53,498 bases of DNA. It comes from Woeseiaceae bacterium (GTDB lineage Bacteria > Pseudomonadota > Gammaproteobacteria > Steroidobacterales > Woeseiaceae). The notes under the pieces are model-generated. The model saw only the letters and a program-made list of their open reading frames with translations. It had not been told where the DNA came from and ran no database searches. Location of the stretch: the NCBI GenBank assembly GCA_037386205.1, contig JARRMH010000001.1, positions 1-53,498 of the forward strand, in the 5' to 3' direction. This document shows, one piece after another, positions 45,637-53,498 of this stretch. Numbering within the stretch: the first letter of the stretch is position 1; each line of letters starts with the position of its first letter. The position numbers and the translations under genes are program-made.

Positions 45637-48087
45637 ATGACCGGCAGCAGGATCCCACGCCTACTCGTGCATGCGACGGCACTCGGTGCCATCGTACTCG
45701 GCGGCGTGTTGTCGCTGTTCTATGCCCAGCACCGCTGGCTTGCCAGCCAGATCGTAACGGCCAGTTACGAGGAACATCGCACGCTGCTCGAAGCAAGCCA
45801 CACGAATCGTGCACGCGCCCAGCTGCATGCAATCGTCGATGGCTTGCCCGCAGATAGCTCCGACTTGCAGGACGACCAGATAAAACGGGCGCTCGAGCAG
45901 GCCCTTGCGGAAAACGAGGACATCAACGGGCTGCGCCTGACCGGCAAGGACGGCGTCTCCTGGTCGAGCGGCGAGTTCCCGCGCGGCGTCGAGGTAACAG
46001 AGACGACGATACTTTCAAGCCATCTGCTGCTGTCCTATCCCGTCATTCGCGGCGGAGTCGAGGTGGGCCGGCTTTGGGGCTCTTTCGATCTCGAAGAATT
46101 CAGGGCTGAACTGCAACAATTCGAGCAGCTGCTGCAAGCAAAGGAAATCGAGAGCCGGCGCCTCAGTTACCTGTGGATCGGCGGCGGCACGATGGCAGTG
46201 CTGTTGCTCTGCGGCGGGCTAGTCTGGCTGATCGTACGCCGGCAAACGAAACGCATTCGGCAACTGAAGAAGCAGGCCGAAAAGTTTCGCGATGCGGACT
46301 TCGGCGAGCCGCTGCCCGTGACCCGCGACGATGAGCTCGGCGCGTTGTCCCGGGTGTTCAACGACATGCGTGACAAGCTGCGTGCGACGACGATTTCGCG
46401 CGATTACGTCGACAGCATTCTGTCGGGCATGAACGAAGCGATCATCGTTACCAACGAGGCGGGCGAAATCACCCGCATTAACTCGGCGACGACACATCTG
46501 CTCGGCTATGACCCGGATGAACTCGAAGGTATCTCGATCGACCAGCTCGTCGATCGCAAGCAGAGCGGGTCACTGGCAGCCGGTACGCCCTCGGGCCTGC
46601 CCCGGGAGGCCGCCCTCGAGAGCAAATACGGGGAATCAATACCCGTCTCGTATACCTGCTCGATCATCACCGGTGAAGGCGACGGTACGGGCGACAGGAT
46701 CTATGCAGCGCAGAACATTACGGAGCGACGCCGTGCCGAAAAACGCATCCGGTACCTCGCTCGAATCGATGCCCTGACCAAGATTCCCAATCGCATGCAG
46801 TTTCAGCACCTGTTGCAGCGCGGCATTGCACGGGCACGTCGTGCCTCCAAGCCTCTGTGCCTGTTCTATGTCGACATCGATCATTTCAAGGAAATCAACG
46901 ACACCTTCGGCCACCTTGCCGGGGATACGACGCTCGAGACCGTGGCCCAGCGCCTGTCGGCAACGCTTCCCGAGCACGCAGTCATCGGTCGGCTCGCGGG
47001 CGATGAATTCGCCGTCATTCTCGAGGACCTCGGTCCCGACCAACGGGGCGAGGAAGACACTCGCAAACTGGCGCAGCGCATCCTGGACCGCCTCGCCGAC
47101 CCCTTCTACGTCCAGGGCCACGAAGTATTCATGACAGCGAGCATGGGGATCGCCTATTACCCGATGGATGCGCCCAACGTCATCGACCTGATTCGCAATG
47201 CCGATGCTGCGCTCTACAGCGCAAAGAAGTCGGGAGGCAACGTGTTTGCGTTCTACGTCCCGGCCATGAACGAGGCGTCCGTCGAGCGGTTGATGACCAA
47301 GAGCAAGCTCAAGCGCGCATTCGAACGCGATGAGTTGCTCGTCCACTACCAGCCGAAATACAACCTCGAGACAGGCGAGGTGTTCGGCGCCGAAGCGCTC
47401 GTGCGGTGGGAGCTGCCGGAGCGTGGCCTGATCCTGCCGTCAGACTTCATACCGATTGCCGAGGAGACCAACCTGATCATCGAAATCGGGGAGTGGGTGC
47501 TCGACAAGGTGTGTGAGGACTTCCGTATCTGGCAACGCAGTGTCGGCTCACCGGGGCGTGTGTCCGTCAATCTGTCACTGAAGCAACTGCGTCAGTTGAA
47601 CTTCATCAATCGAATCAGCTCGATCCTGCGCAGCCACGAGGTATCGCCGACGTCACTCGAACTCGAGATCACCGAGACGACGCTGATGGAGAATCCCAAG
47701 CGCACGATCAGGCTTCTCGACCAGCTCTACGGTCTCGGCCTGCATCTCGCCATCGACGATTTCGGAACCGGATACTCGTCTCTCAGCGCGTTACAGCAGT
47801 TCCCGATCAGCACGCTCAAGATTGACCAGTCTTTCGTCCGCGATGTCGTGACGAACCCGGATGACGCAACGATTGTCGATACGATCATCCAGATGGGCCA
47901 GAACCTCAACATGGATGTCGTCGCCGAGGGTGTCGAGGACGAAGCGCAGCTCAACTTTTTACAAAAGCTCGGATGCACTTATGTCCAGGGACTGTTGTTC
48001 GGCCAGCCGATGAGCGCGGATAACTACCTTGAATTGCTGCTTGCGCAGGCACAGGGAACCGATACTTACCGGGCGTTGTTTGCCTGA
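45637..48087 (+). CDS. membrane sensor HAMP-PAS-GGDEF-EAL protein (c-di-GMP turnover)
   Basis: Two TM segments flank a periplasmic region of about 150 aa, followed by HAMP and PAS. The GGDEF site reads AGDEF. The EAL domain has EALVRWE, DDFGTGYSSL, KIDQSF and EGVE. Confidence 0.9.
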   Translation: MTGSRIPRLLVHATALGAIVLGGVLSLFYAQHRWLASQIVTASYEEHRTLLEASHTNRARAQLHAIVDGLPADSSDLQDDQIKRALEQALAENEDINGLRLTGKDGVSWSSGEFPRGVEVTETTILSSHLLLSYPVIRGGVEVGRLWGSFDLEEFRAELQQFEQLLQAKEIESRRLSYLWIGGGTMAVLLLCGGLVWLIVRRQTKRIRQLKKQAEKFRDADFGEPLPVTRDDELGALSRVFNDMRDKLRATTISRDYVDSILSGMNEAIIVTNEAGEITRINSATTHLLGYDPDELEGISIDQLVDRKQSGSLAAGTPSGLPREAALESKYGESIPVSYTCSIITGEGDGTGDRIYAAQNITERRRAEKRIRYLARIDALTKIPNRMQFQHLLQRGIARARRASKPLCLFYVDIDHFKEINDTFGHLAGDTTLETVAQRLSATLPEHAVIGRLAGDEFAVILEDLGPDQRGEEDTRKLAQRILDRLADPFYVQGHEVFMTASMGIAYYPMDAPNVIDLIRNADAALYSAKKSGGNVFAFYVPAMNEASVERLMTKSKLKRAFERDELLVHYQPKYNLETGEVFGAEALVRWELPERGLILPSDFIPIAEETNLIIEIGEWVLDKVCEDFRIWQRSVGSPGRVSVNLSLKQLRQLNFINRISSILRSHEVSPTSLELEITETTLMENPKRTIRLLDQLYGLGLHLAIDDFGTGYSSLSALQQFPISTLKIDQSFVRDVVTNPDDATIVDTIIQMGQNLNMDVVAEGVEDEAQLNFLQKLGCTYVQGLLFGQPMSADNYLELLLAQAQGTDTYRALFA

Positions 48088-48246
48088 TCCGGGGATTGTG
48101 CTTAAATTGCCGGACTATGATTATCAAAACGTCTCGATGGGCCGTCTCCGTGGCCTTACTTAATTCTCGCGCAGGGCGCGCTCGCCTGCGATTACCCAGA
48201 ACGCCTGCAGGACCTGCCGGACGGCAATTCGGCGACTCGCGATGAC

Positions 48247-48483
48247 ATGCTTGCCGGCAAAAAGGCCGTGCAGGATTATCTTGCGCAGATGGAGGAATAT
48301 CTCGGCTGCATCGAAGCCGAAGCGGCACAGGCTATCATTGCCATGGGTGATGTGGACGAGGAAGCCAAGACACAGCGTCAGGAAACCTTCAACAAGAAGT
48401 ACAACGCTGCGGTCGAGGAAATGAACCTCGTTGCCGAGGAGTTCAATATCCAGTTACGGGCGTACAACGCCCGCAAGAAATAG
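48247..48483 (+). CDS. small coiled-coil protein; probably the 3' part of a frameshifted secreted-protein gene starting at 48117
   Basis: The frame is open from 48121 with no start before 48247. The upstream frame (ATG 48117) encodes the first half of a signal peptide that continues in this frame (see findings). Confidence 0.45.
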   Translation: MLAGKKAVQDYLAQMEEYLGCIEAEAAQAIIAMGDVDEEAKTQRQETFNKKYNAAVEEMNLVAEEFNIQLRAYNARKK

Positions 48484-48494
48484 ACTGACCGGCC

Positions 48495-48716
48495 TTATCC
48501 GAGTCGATCGATCTCGCTCTTGAGGTCGGTCCGGTTCTCCGTAACGATGCGCTCGAGTACGCGGATGCGTTCTTCGAGCTGTTCGATATGTACCAGCGTT
48601 TCCTCGAGTTCGGGATCCGACGGTTGTTCCTGGTTCTTCATCTTCAGGTACTTCTGTATGGTATCCGCCGTGAAAACGATTGCGACGATACAAACAACGT
48701 AAAACAATGTATTCAT
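48495..48716 (-). CDS. pspB: phage shock protein B
   Basis: 73 aa with a single N-terminal TM and a C-terminal helix (QLEERIRVLERIV), like E. coli PspB (RMRERIQALESIL). Confidence 0.8.
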   Translation of the reverse strand: MNTLFYVVCIVAIVFTADTIQKYLKMKNQEQPSDPELEETLVHIEQLEERIRVLERIVTENRTDLKSEIDRLG

Positions 48717-48737
48717 TGACGGTCCCTGTGTTGAAAC

Positions 48738-49136
48738 TCAGAGTTTGCGAAACTCTTCATCGAGTTGATATCGCGACGATGTGATGTGCTTCTCGAGCCT
48801 TGCGAGGCGCTCATCGAGGTCCTTGTAGCGCTCCCTCACCTCTCTGGCTGTTGGCTTCGCACGCCGGATTTCCTCGCGCAAGGTTTCCTTGCGACGTTCG
48901 TCCGGATCCCCGTCGCCATACGCTCGTGACGAGGAAACCGGAATCAACAGTACGGCTGCAAGGTAGGCCAGGGCTGCGAACGGGAACACGCACAGGAACG
49001 CGATGATGCACAGAAAGCGCGTCACCTTGAGGTTGAAGCCCAGGTAGTTTGCGAGCCCGGCACACACGCCTCCCAGAACTGCGCGATCGGCATCCCGATA
49101 CAAACGTCGTCCCGATGTGCCTGCAAATGTGCTCAT
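48738..49136 (-). CDS. pspC: phage shock protein C
   Basis: PspC domain (LGGVCAGLANYLG..V.RFL), a TM segment and a C-terminal leucine-zipper-like tail (RLARLEKHITSSRYQLDEEFRKL), collinear with E. coli PspC. Confidence 0.85.
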   Translation of the reverse strand: MSTFAGTSGRRLYRDADRAVLGGVCAGLANYLGFNLKVTRFLCIIAFLCVFPFAALAYLAAVLLIPVSSSRAYGDGDPDERRKETLREEIRRAKPTAREVRERYKDLDERLARLEKHITSSRYQLDEEFRKL

Positions 49137-49426
49137 GAGTGCCTCCAGTCGTCACGGCGATAACGTCGCCAGAATTCATACTCGCTGCGCCTGCCCGAAT
49201 ACAGCAGCGGCTTCTCCCGAATCAGCACGGTCAGCGCAATATAGACGGCGGCGGTCAGCCAGAAGAACAGCATGAGGCTGATCACCGCGATAACCCGGAC
49301 GGTGCCGACATTGAAATTGTAACGGTCAGCGACGCCGGCACAAACGCCGAATATCCAGCCATTTTCACGATCGCGATAGAAACCTCGCAACGGGCCGTAA
49401 TCAATATTCCACGTGTCCCGACTCAT
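49133..49426 (-). CDS. additional PspC-domain membrane protein (no C-terminal zipper)
   Basis: PspC motif IFGVCAGVADRYNFNVGTVRV followed by a TM segment. TGAATG junction with pspA and ATGA overlap with pspC. Confidence 0.7.
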   Translation of the reverse strand: MSRDTWNIDYGPLRGFYRDRENGWIFGVCAGVADRYNFNVGTVRVIAVISLMLFFWLTAAVYIALTVLIREKPLLYSGRRSEYEFWRRYRRDDWRHS

Positions 49427-50107
49427 TCAGTCCGCCTCCGCAGTCCGCTCCGCCGCAACGCGCGCCTTGAGGGCATCGAGCTCCTTCCTCACCGACTCCT
49501 CGGCCTCGAGGCTCGCGAATTCGTGGTTCAGGTCCTTCGGCATACCCAGGTCGTAGGCTTCCACCCTGCCTTCGACATCGTCGATGCGGCGCGTGTAGGC
49601 CTCGAAGCGCAGCATCGCATCATCGATCTTGTAGTCGTGAATCTTCTTGCGAGCGGCCAGCCGGCTGCTTGCTGTCGTGTGCCGGGCAAGCAGGGCTTTC
49701 TGGCGCGCTTTGGCATCTTCGAGCTTGGCCTCGAGCCGGGCGATGTCCTCATTGAGTTTCGCCAGCCCCTCATCGACCGCAACATAGTCCTGTTTGAACG
49801 CCTCGACCGCGGCCGCCACGCGCGATTTTTCGACCAGCGCCGCCTTGGCGAGGTCTTCACGACCCTTGCGCATGGCCATTTCGGCCTTCTCGTCCCAGTC
49901 GTCGCGCTCGTTTTCGAGCGTTTCGATCTTGCGGTTGAGGTCTTTCTTGTCCGCGATCGATCGCGCGGCAGCGGAACGAACCTCGACCAGTGTGTCCTCC
50001 ATCTCCTGGATCATCAGGCGCACGATCTTTTCCGGATCTTCTGCCTTGTCGAGGATCGCGTTGATGTTGGAGTTCACGATGTCACTGAATCTCGTGAAAA
50101 TACCCAT
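49427..50107 (-). CDS. pspA: phage shock protein A
   Basis: MGIFTRFSDIVNSNINAILDKAEDPEKIVRLMIQEMEDTLVEVRS is nearly identical in pattern to the E. coli PspA N-terminus. The start is moved to ATG 50107. Confidence 0.95.
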   Translation of the reverse strand: MGIFTRFSDIVNSNINAILDKAEDPEKIVRLMIQEMEDTLVEVRSAAARSIADKKDLNRKIETLENERDDWDEKAEMAMRKGREDLAKAALVEKSRVAAAVEAFKQDYVAVDEGLAKLNEDIARLEAKLEDAKARQKALLARHTTASSRLAARKKIHDYKIDDAMLRFEAYTRRIDDVEGRVEAYDLGMPKDLNHEFASLEAEESVRKELDALKARVAAERTAEAD

Positions 50108-50144
50108 GGATGTGTCCTCTTGCACGGTAAACCCACCAGTAATG

Positions 50145-50162
50145 TTGCAGCTTCCGTGCCAG
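50145..50162 (-). promoter_or_regulatory. sigma-54 (-24/-12) promoter of pspA
   Basis: The minus strand reads CTGGCACGGAAGCTGCAA against the consensus YTGGCACGRNNNTTGCW (1 mismatch). It lies about 38 nt upstream of the pspA ATG. Confidence 0.85.
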
Positions 50163-50255
50163 TTTGGCCGAATCGCTCTAAGTTATTGTTTACTTGAGAG
50201 AAAAATGGAAAAATCACGGCCGAACAACGCCCGTAGAGTGGTTTATTTCGCTATT

Positions 50256-50276
50256 AATTAGCTTTTTTGGCTAATT
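50256..50276. promoter_or_regulatory. inverted repeat AATTAGC-N7-GCTAATT, candidate PspF UAS / pspF autoregulatory operator
   Basis: About 95-115 nt upstream of the -24 element. It lies between the putative pspF -35 TTAATT (50254) and -10 TATAGT (50277). Confidence 0.4.
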
Positions 50277-50293
50277 TATAGTGAAATTGACCA

Positions 50294-51316
50294 ATGGCTA
50301 CCGCACCCGAATCGCAACAGATCATCGGCGAGGCACCGGCCTTTCTGGAAATGCTCGAGCACGTTTCCCGGGCAGCGCCGCTGTCCAAGCCCGTGCTCGT
50401 GGTGGGCGAGCGCGGTACCGGCAAAGAGCTCGTCGCATCGCGCCTGCATTTCCTCTCGGAGCGCTGGGAGCAACGCGTCGTCAAGGTCAATTGCGCTGCG
50501 TTGACCGAATCGATTCTCGAATCCGAACTGTTCGGTCACGAAGCCGGGGCCTTTACCGGGGCGGCAAGAACCCACATCGGGCACTTCGAGCGTGCCGATG
50601 GCGGTACGCTGATCCTCGACGAACTCGCGACGATTTCGCTCCGCATGCAGGAGAAGATTCTCAGGACGATCGAATACGGTGAGGTTCAGCGCGTGGGGGG
50701 AAGCGAGACGTTGCAGGTCGACGTCCGGATCGTGGGATCCACGAATGCCGATCTGCCGGCGCTCGCGGAGAAAGGAGAGTTTCGCAAGGATCTGCTGGAC
50801 AGATTGGCGTTCGATGTCGTTACCGTTCCCCCGCTAAGGGAACGTGTCGAGGACATCCTGCCGCTCGCGCATGCGTTCGCCATCAACATGGCCAGTGAAC
50901 TCAAGTGGAGTTTTTTTCCGGGATTCAGCGCCCGCGCGACCTCCGCCCTGCTGCGCAACAAGTGGCCAGGCAATGTGCGCGAGCTGAAGTACGCGATCGA
51001 ACGTTCGGTATACCGCTCGAAAGACCCCGAGCAGCCGATTACCGAGATCGTGCTCGACGCCTTCGACTCCCCCTACAAGATCGTTGCGCCAGGCGGGGCC
51101 GCGACGCCAGCCACGGTAGCACGACGCAAGACGCCGCTGCTGCCGGCCGATCTCAACCAGCGGCTCGAGGATATGGAGGTCAATCTGCTCGAAGCGGCGC
51201 TCGAGAAAGCGAAATTCAACCAGCGTATGGCAGCCGACCTGCTCGGGCTCAGTTACCACCAGTTCCGGGGCAAGCTGCGGAAATTCAAGATCCCCGGCAA
51301 GCCCGTCAGCACCTAG
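50294..51316 (+). CDS. pspF: sigma-54-dependent activator PspF (no receiver domain)
   Basis: Collinear with E. coli PspF (GEA.AFLE.LE.VS, GERGTGKEL, GAFTGA, C-terminal HTH NQRMAADLLGLSYHQFR). Confidence 0.95.
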   Translation: MATAPESQQIIGEAPAFLEMLEHVSRAAPLSKPVLVVGERGTGKELVASRLHFLSERWEQRVVKVNCAALTESILESELFGHEAGAFTGAARTHIGHFERADGGTLILDELATISLRMQEKILRTIEYGEVQRVGGSETLQVDVRIVGSTNADLPALAEKGEFRKDLLDRLAFDVVTVPPLRERVEDILPLAHAFAINMASELKWSFFPGFSARATSALLRNKWPGNVRELKYAIERSVYRSKDPEQPITEIVLDAFDSPYKIVAPGGAATPATVARRKTPLLPADLNQRLEDMEVNLLEAALEKAKFNQRMAADLLGLSYHQFRGKLRKFKIPGKPVST

Positions 51317-52248
51317 CTCTCGTCGCGGTAGCGGCGCACGTAGATCGCGGCCGTCGTCAGGAGGGCGCAAACGACAATCCCGATCCAGGTATCCACGCTG
51401 CCGAAAAACTTCGCAACATCGAGATGGGCGAGCAGGCTCGAAATTTCCTCTGTTATGTCGTGGGCGCCGTGGAACGGATTTTCTTCATCGAAAAAGCGCT
51501 CGATGTCGATGTCGGCGAATATCGGGATGCTCGCACTCCGGCCCCAGACGGCCTCGGCAAAATGCTTCGAACGCAGGAAGATCCCCTCGATCATCGGGAT
51601 CAACACAAGCGGCAGGAATGCCATCAGCAGCGGCGCCCGGCGGGTGTAGCCCGATACGAACAGGAACCAGCCCACGAACGGCGACATCCAGATCGAGAGC
51701 GCAAACAGAAGAATGATCATCGCGAGCCAGTTGTCGAGCAACGGTACCGACTCCCAGATCAGCAGGCTTGCGTCACCGCCCTGGAACGACACCCAGACGC
51801 TGGTGATGACCAGGTTGATCAGGTGCGTCACGATGATGCCCACGGCCGCGACGGCCGGGATGACGAACAACGCCGTCAACAGCTTCGAGATGACGGTTTC
51901 GGCATCGGTTACCGGCAGGGACCGCCAGAACAGGATGCTCTTGTCCTTGCGCTCCGCGTACAGGGAATCGAGTGCGTAGAACACGGTCAGCACGCCGAGC
52001 CCGAGGAGGAACAGCCAGGACGAACCCACGAACAGCCCTGTCAGCACGGCCTTGCGCCCGGTGTCCCCGGCGGCGTTCTGCGCGCCGAAGATTGCAAGAT
52101 CGAGTTCCTCGCGAAACTCGCCGCCGACAAATACCAGCGCCGTCAGGGTACCGAGCGTCACGATACTCGCAATCACCAGCGGCGTGACGTAGATCGACCG
52201 GTGCTCCCAGAGTTCGCGCCTGATCAGGGCAACATAGTGGCCAATCAT
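51313..52248 (-). CDS. ABC-2-type transporter permease
   Basis: 311 aa with about 6 TM segments, directly downstream of and overlapping the ATPase gene. Confidence 0.75.
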   Translation of the reverse strand: MIGHYVALIRRELWEHRSIYVTPLVIASIVTLGTLTALVFVGGEFREELDLAIFGAQNAAGDTGRKAVLTGLFVGSSWLFLLGLGVLTVFYALDSLYAERKDKSILFWRSLPVTDAETVISKLLTALFVIPAVAAVGIIVTHLINLVITSVWVSFQGGDASLLIWESVPLLDNWLAMIILLFALSIWMSPFVGWFLFVSGYTRRAPLLMAFLPLVLIPMIEGIFLRSKHFAEAVWGRSASIPIFADIDIERFFDEENPFHGAHDITEEISSLLAHLDVAKFFGSVDTWIGIVVCALLTTAAIYVRRYRDES

Positions 52249-53102
52249 TTGCGGGCCTCCTTGATCTTGGCGACGAACAGGTCAGCAACCGATGGAATGC
52301 GAATATCGCCCAGCCCCTCGAGATGCTCCCGATCGACGCCGTCAAAAAGCAGCACCGACTTGCCGAACACCTCGCTTTCGGCGATCGGCCCGAGGCCGCG
52401 TGCCGTGACCGCATTTTCTCCCGACGCCATCAGCTCGATGTAGCGCTCGCCGAGATCGTCCATCGGAGCGTCCAGCAGGATTTTCCCGTCGTTGATGAAC
52501 ATGACGTCCGTCAACAGGTTTTCGATTTCCTCCACCTGATGCGTCGTGATCAGGATCGTGCGCTCCTCGTCGAAATAGTCGTTCAGCAGGTTGGCATAGA
52601 ATTCCTTGCGGAACAGGATGTCGAGCCCCAGCGTCGGTTCGTCGAGTACCAGCAGTTTTGCATCGATCGCCATGATGATCGCGAGATGCAGCTGCGTGAC
52701 CATGCCCTTGGAAAGCTCTTTTACCCTCGCCCGAAGTTGCACCTTGGTCTCGCGCAGCAACGTGTCGGCCCGCGAACGCGAGAAGTTCGGATGCACGGCC
52801 TCGACGTACTCGAGCAGCTGCGAGACCTTGATCCATCGGGGCAGCACCGCCACGTCCGCCATGAAGCAGATCTCGCGCATCAGTTGCTTGCGCTGGCGGA
52901 ACGGATCGAGCCCCAGGACGGAAAGATCGCCGTCGCAATCCGTGAGGCCGAGCATGGCCTTGAGGAGCGTCGTCTTGCCCGCACCGTTCGGCCCGATCAG
53001 GCCGAGAATGCGGCCCTTCTCGATTTCGAAACTGACGTCGTCGACGGCGCGCACTGACCCATAGTGCTTCGATACCCCGCGCGCTGTGACCAGGCTACTC
53101 AT
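52245..53102 (-). CDS. ABC transporter ATP-binding protein
   Basis: Walker A GPNGAGKTT, signature LSKGM, Walker B LLVLDEPT. The start is moved to ATG 53102 (MSSLVTARGV). Confidence 0.9.
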   Translation of the reverse strand: MSSLVTARGVSKHYGSVRAVDDVSFEIEKGRILGLIGPNGAGKTTLLKAMLGLTDCDGDLSVLGLDPFRQRKQLMREICFMADVAVLPRWIKVSQLLEYVEAVHPNFSRSRADTLLRETKVQLRARVKELSKGMVTQLHLAIIMAIDAKLLVLDEPTLGLDILFRKEFYANLLNDYFDEERTILITTHQVEEIENLLTDVMFINDGKILLDAPMDDLGERYIELMASGENAVTARGLGPIAESEVFGKSVLLFDGVDREHLEGLGDIRIPSVADLFVAKIKEARK

Positions 53103-53475
53103 CGTTGTTCTTTGCCTCCCCGTTGGATACCTGACTGAGCAGATCGGCGCTGTCCAGCCCGAGCCGTTCGATGGTTGCAACGACCTGCGGCCACTCCTTC
53201 TGCAGGAACCGCGCGCGTTCGTCCTTGAGCAACTGGTCGCGTGCGCCGTCATTGACGAACATGCCGCGACCTCGCTTCTTCTCGACGAGCCCCTCGTCGA
53301 CGAGTTCCTGGTAGCCCTTGAGCACGGTCAGCGGGTTCAGCCGGTACTCGGCAGCCACGTTGCGCACGGACGGCAACGCGTCGCCGTCACCGAGCGCACC
53401 CTCGAGGATCATCGCCACGACGCGGTCACGCAGCTGGCGATAGATCGGCTGGTCTTCGTTCCACTTCGGATCCAT
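53095..53475 (-). CDS. GntR family (YtrA-subfamily-like) transcriptional regulator
   Basis: The HTH LPSVRNVAAEYRLNPLTVLKGYQELVDEGLV is followed by a short C-terminal domain. 8-nt overlap with the ABC ATPase gene. Confidence 0.85.
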   Translation of the reverse strand: MDPKWNEDQPIYRQLRDRVVAMILEGALGDGDALPSVRNVAAEYRLNPLTVLKGYQELVDEGLVEKKRGRGMFVNDGARDQLLKDERARFLQKEWPQVVATIERLGLDSADLLSQVSNGEAKNNDE

Positions 53476-53498
53476 TCTGTCCCTTAAAATCGCGCCGG

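Noticed and set aside
1-53498. A search for mobile elements, prophage remnants, tRNA/rRNA genes, integron attC sites and a compositional island.
   Set aside because: I saw no transposase, integrase or phage-like ORFs, no cloverleaf-like tRNA sequences, and no long inverted terminal repeats. AT-rich stretches are confined to promoter-sized intergenic gaps. The window looks like core chromosome.

Overview
High-GC, gene-dense chromosomal segment of about 50 CDS. I saw no rRNA, tRNA, CRISPR array, transposase or integrase. It looks gammaproteobacterial: an E. coli-type LexA box, a pspF/pspA divergon with a sigma-54 promoter, and a GlyGly-CTERM-like sorting tail. Content in order: (1) methionine-salvage genes (mtnA partial, aldolase-like) and small envelope proteins. 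(2) A tightly coupled minus-strand operon of phospholipase D, PLP dehydratase and amidohydrolase, possibly extending to a DDGSGSI-repeat protein 69 nt downstream. (3) A PadR-adaptor-RND efflux operon whose permease is broken by a frameshift/internal deletion. (4) A second efflux operon with two paralogous adaptors plus two RND permeases. (5) A GlyGly-CTERM-tailed secreted protein, a TerB-like protein, and an unannotated 26-codon ORF with its own promoter, perfect SD and terminator. (6) A DUF6249-like / ECF sigma / membrane anti-sigma / 68-aa / cysteine-desulfurase-like module. (7) A three-gene 2-oxoacid:acceptor oxidoreductase operon (GltD-like flavoprotein-ferredoxin fusion, alpha, beta) extended by a Tat-signal SDR epimerase and a small Imm33/DUF2185-like protein. 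(8) ilvA, a LexA-boxed uvrD, an SLC13 transporter with four TrkA-C domains, and a ferredoxin reductase. (9) gshA followed by two tandem paralogous membrane-anchored proteins of unknown function. (10) DUF2845, bactofilin and a HAMP-PAS-GGDEF-EAL protein. (11) A phage-shock regulon in the non-canonical order pspA, extra PspC-domain gene, pspC, pspB, facing pspF. (12) A YtrA-type GntR/ABC operon. No obvious mobile or defence island is present. The best candidates for something undescribed are the gshA-linked paralog pair (41663-42954), the 2-adaptor/2-permease RND operon with non-canonical proton-relay residues, the rearranged psp operon and the orphan mini-ORF unit at 24126-24324. Two apparent frameshifts (about 13330 and about 48160) may be real gene decay or sequence errors. 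All family calls are from motif recognition by eye, not from searches.
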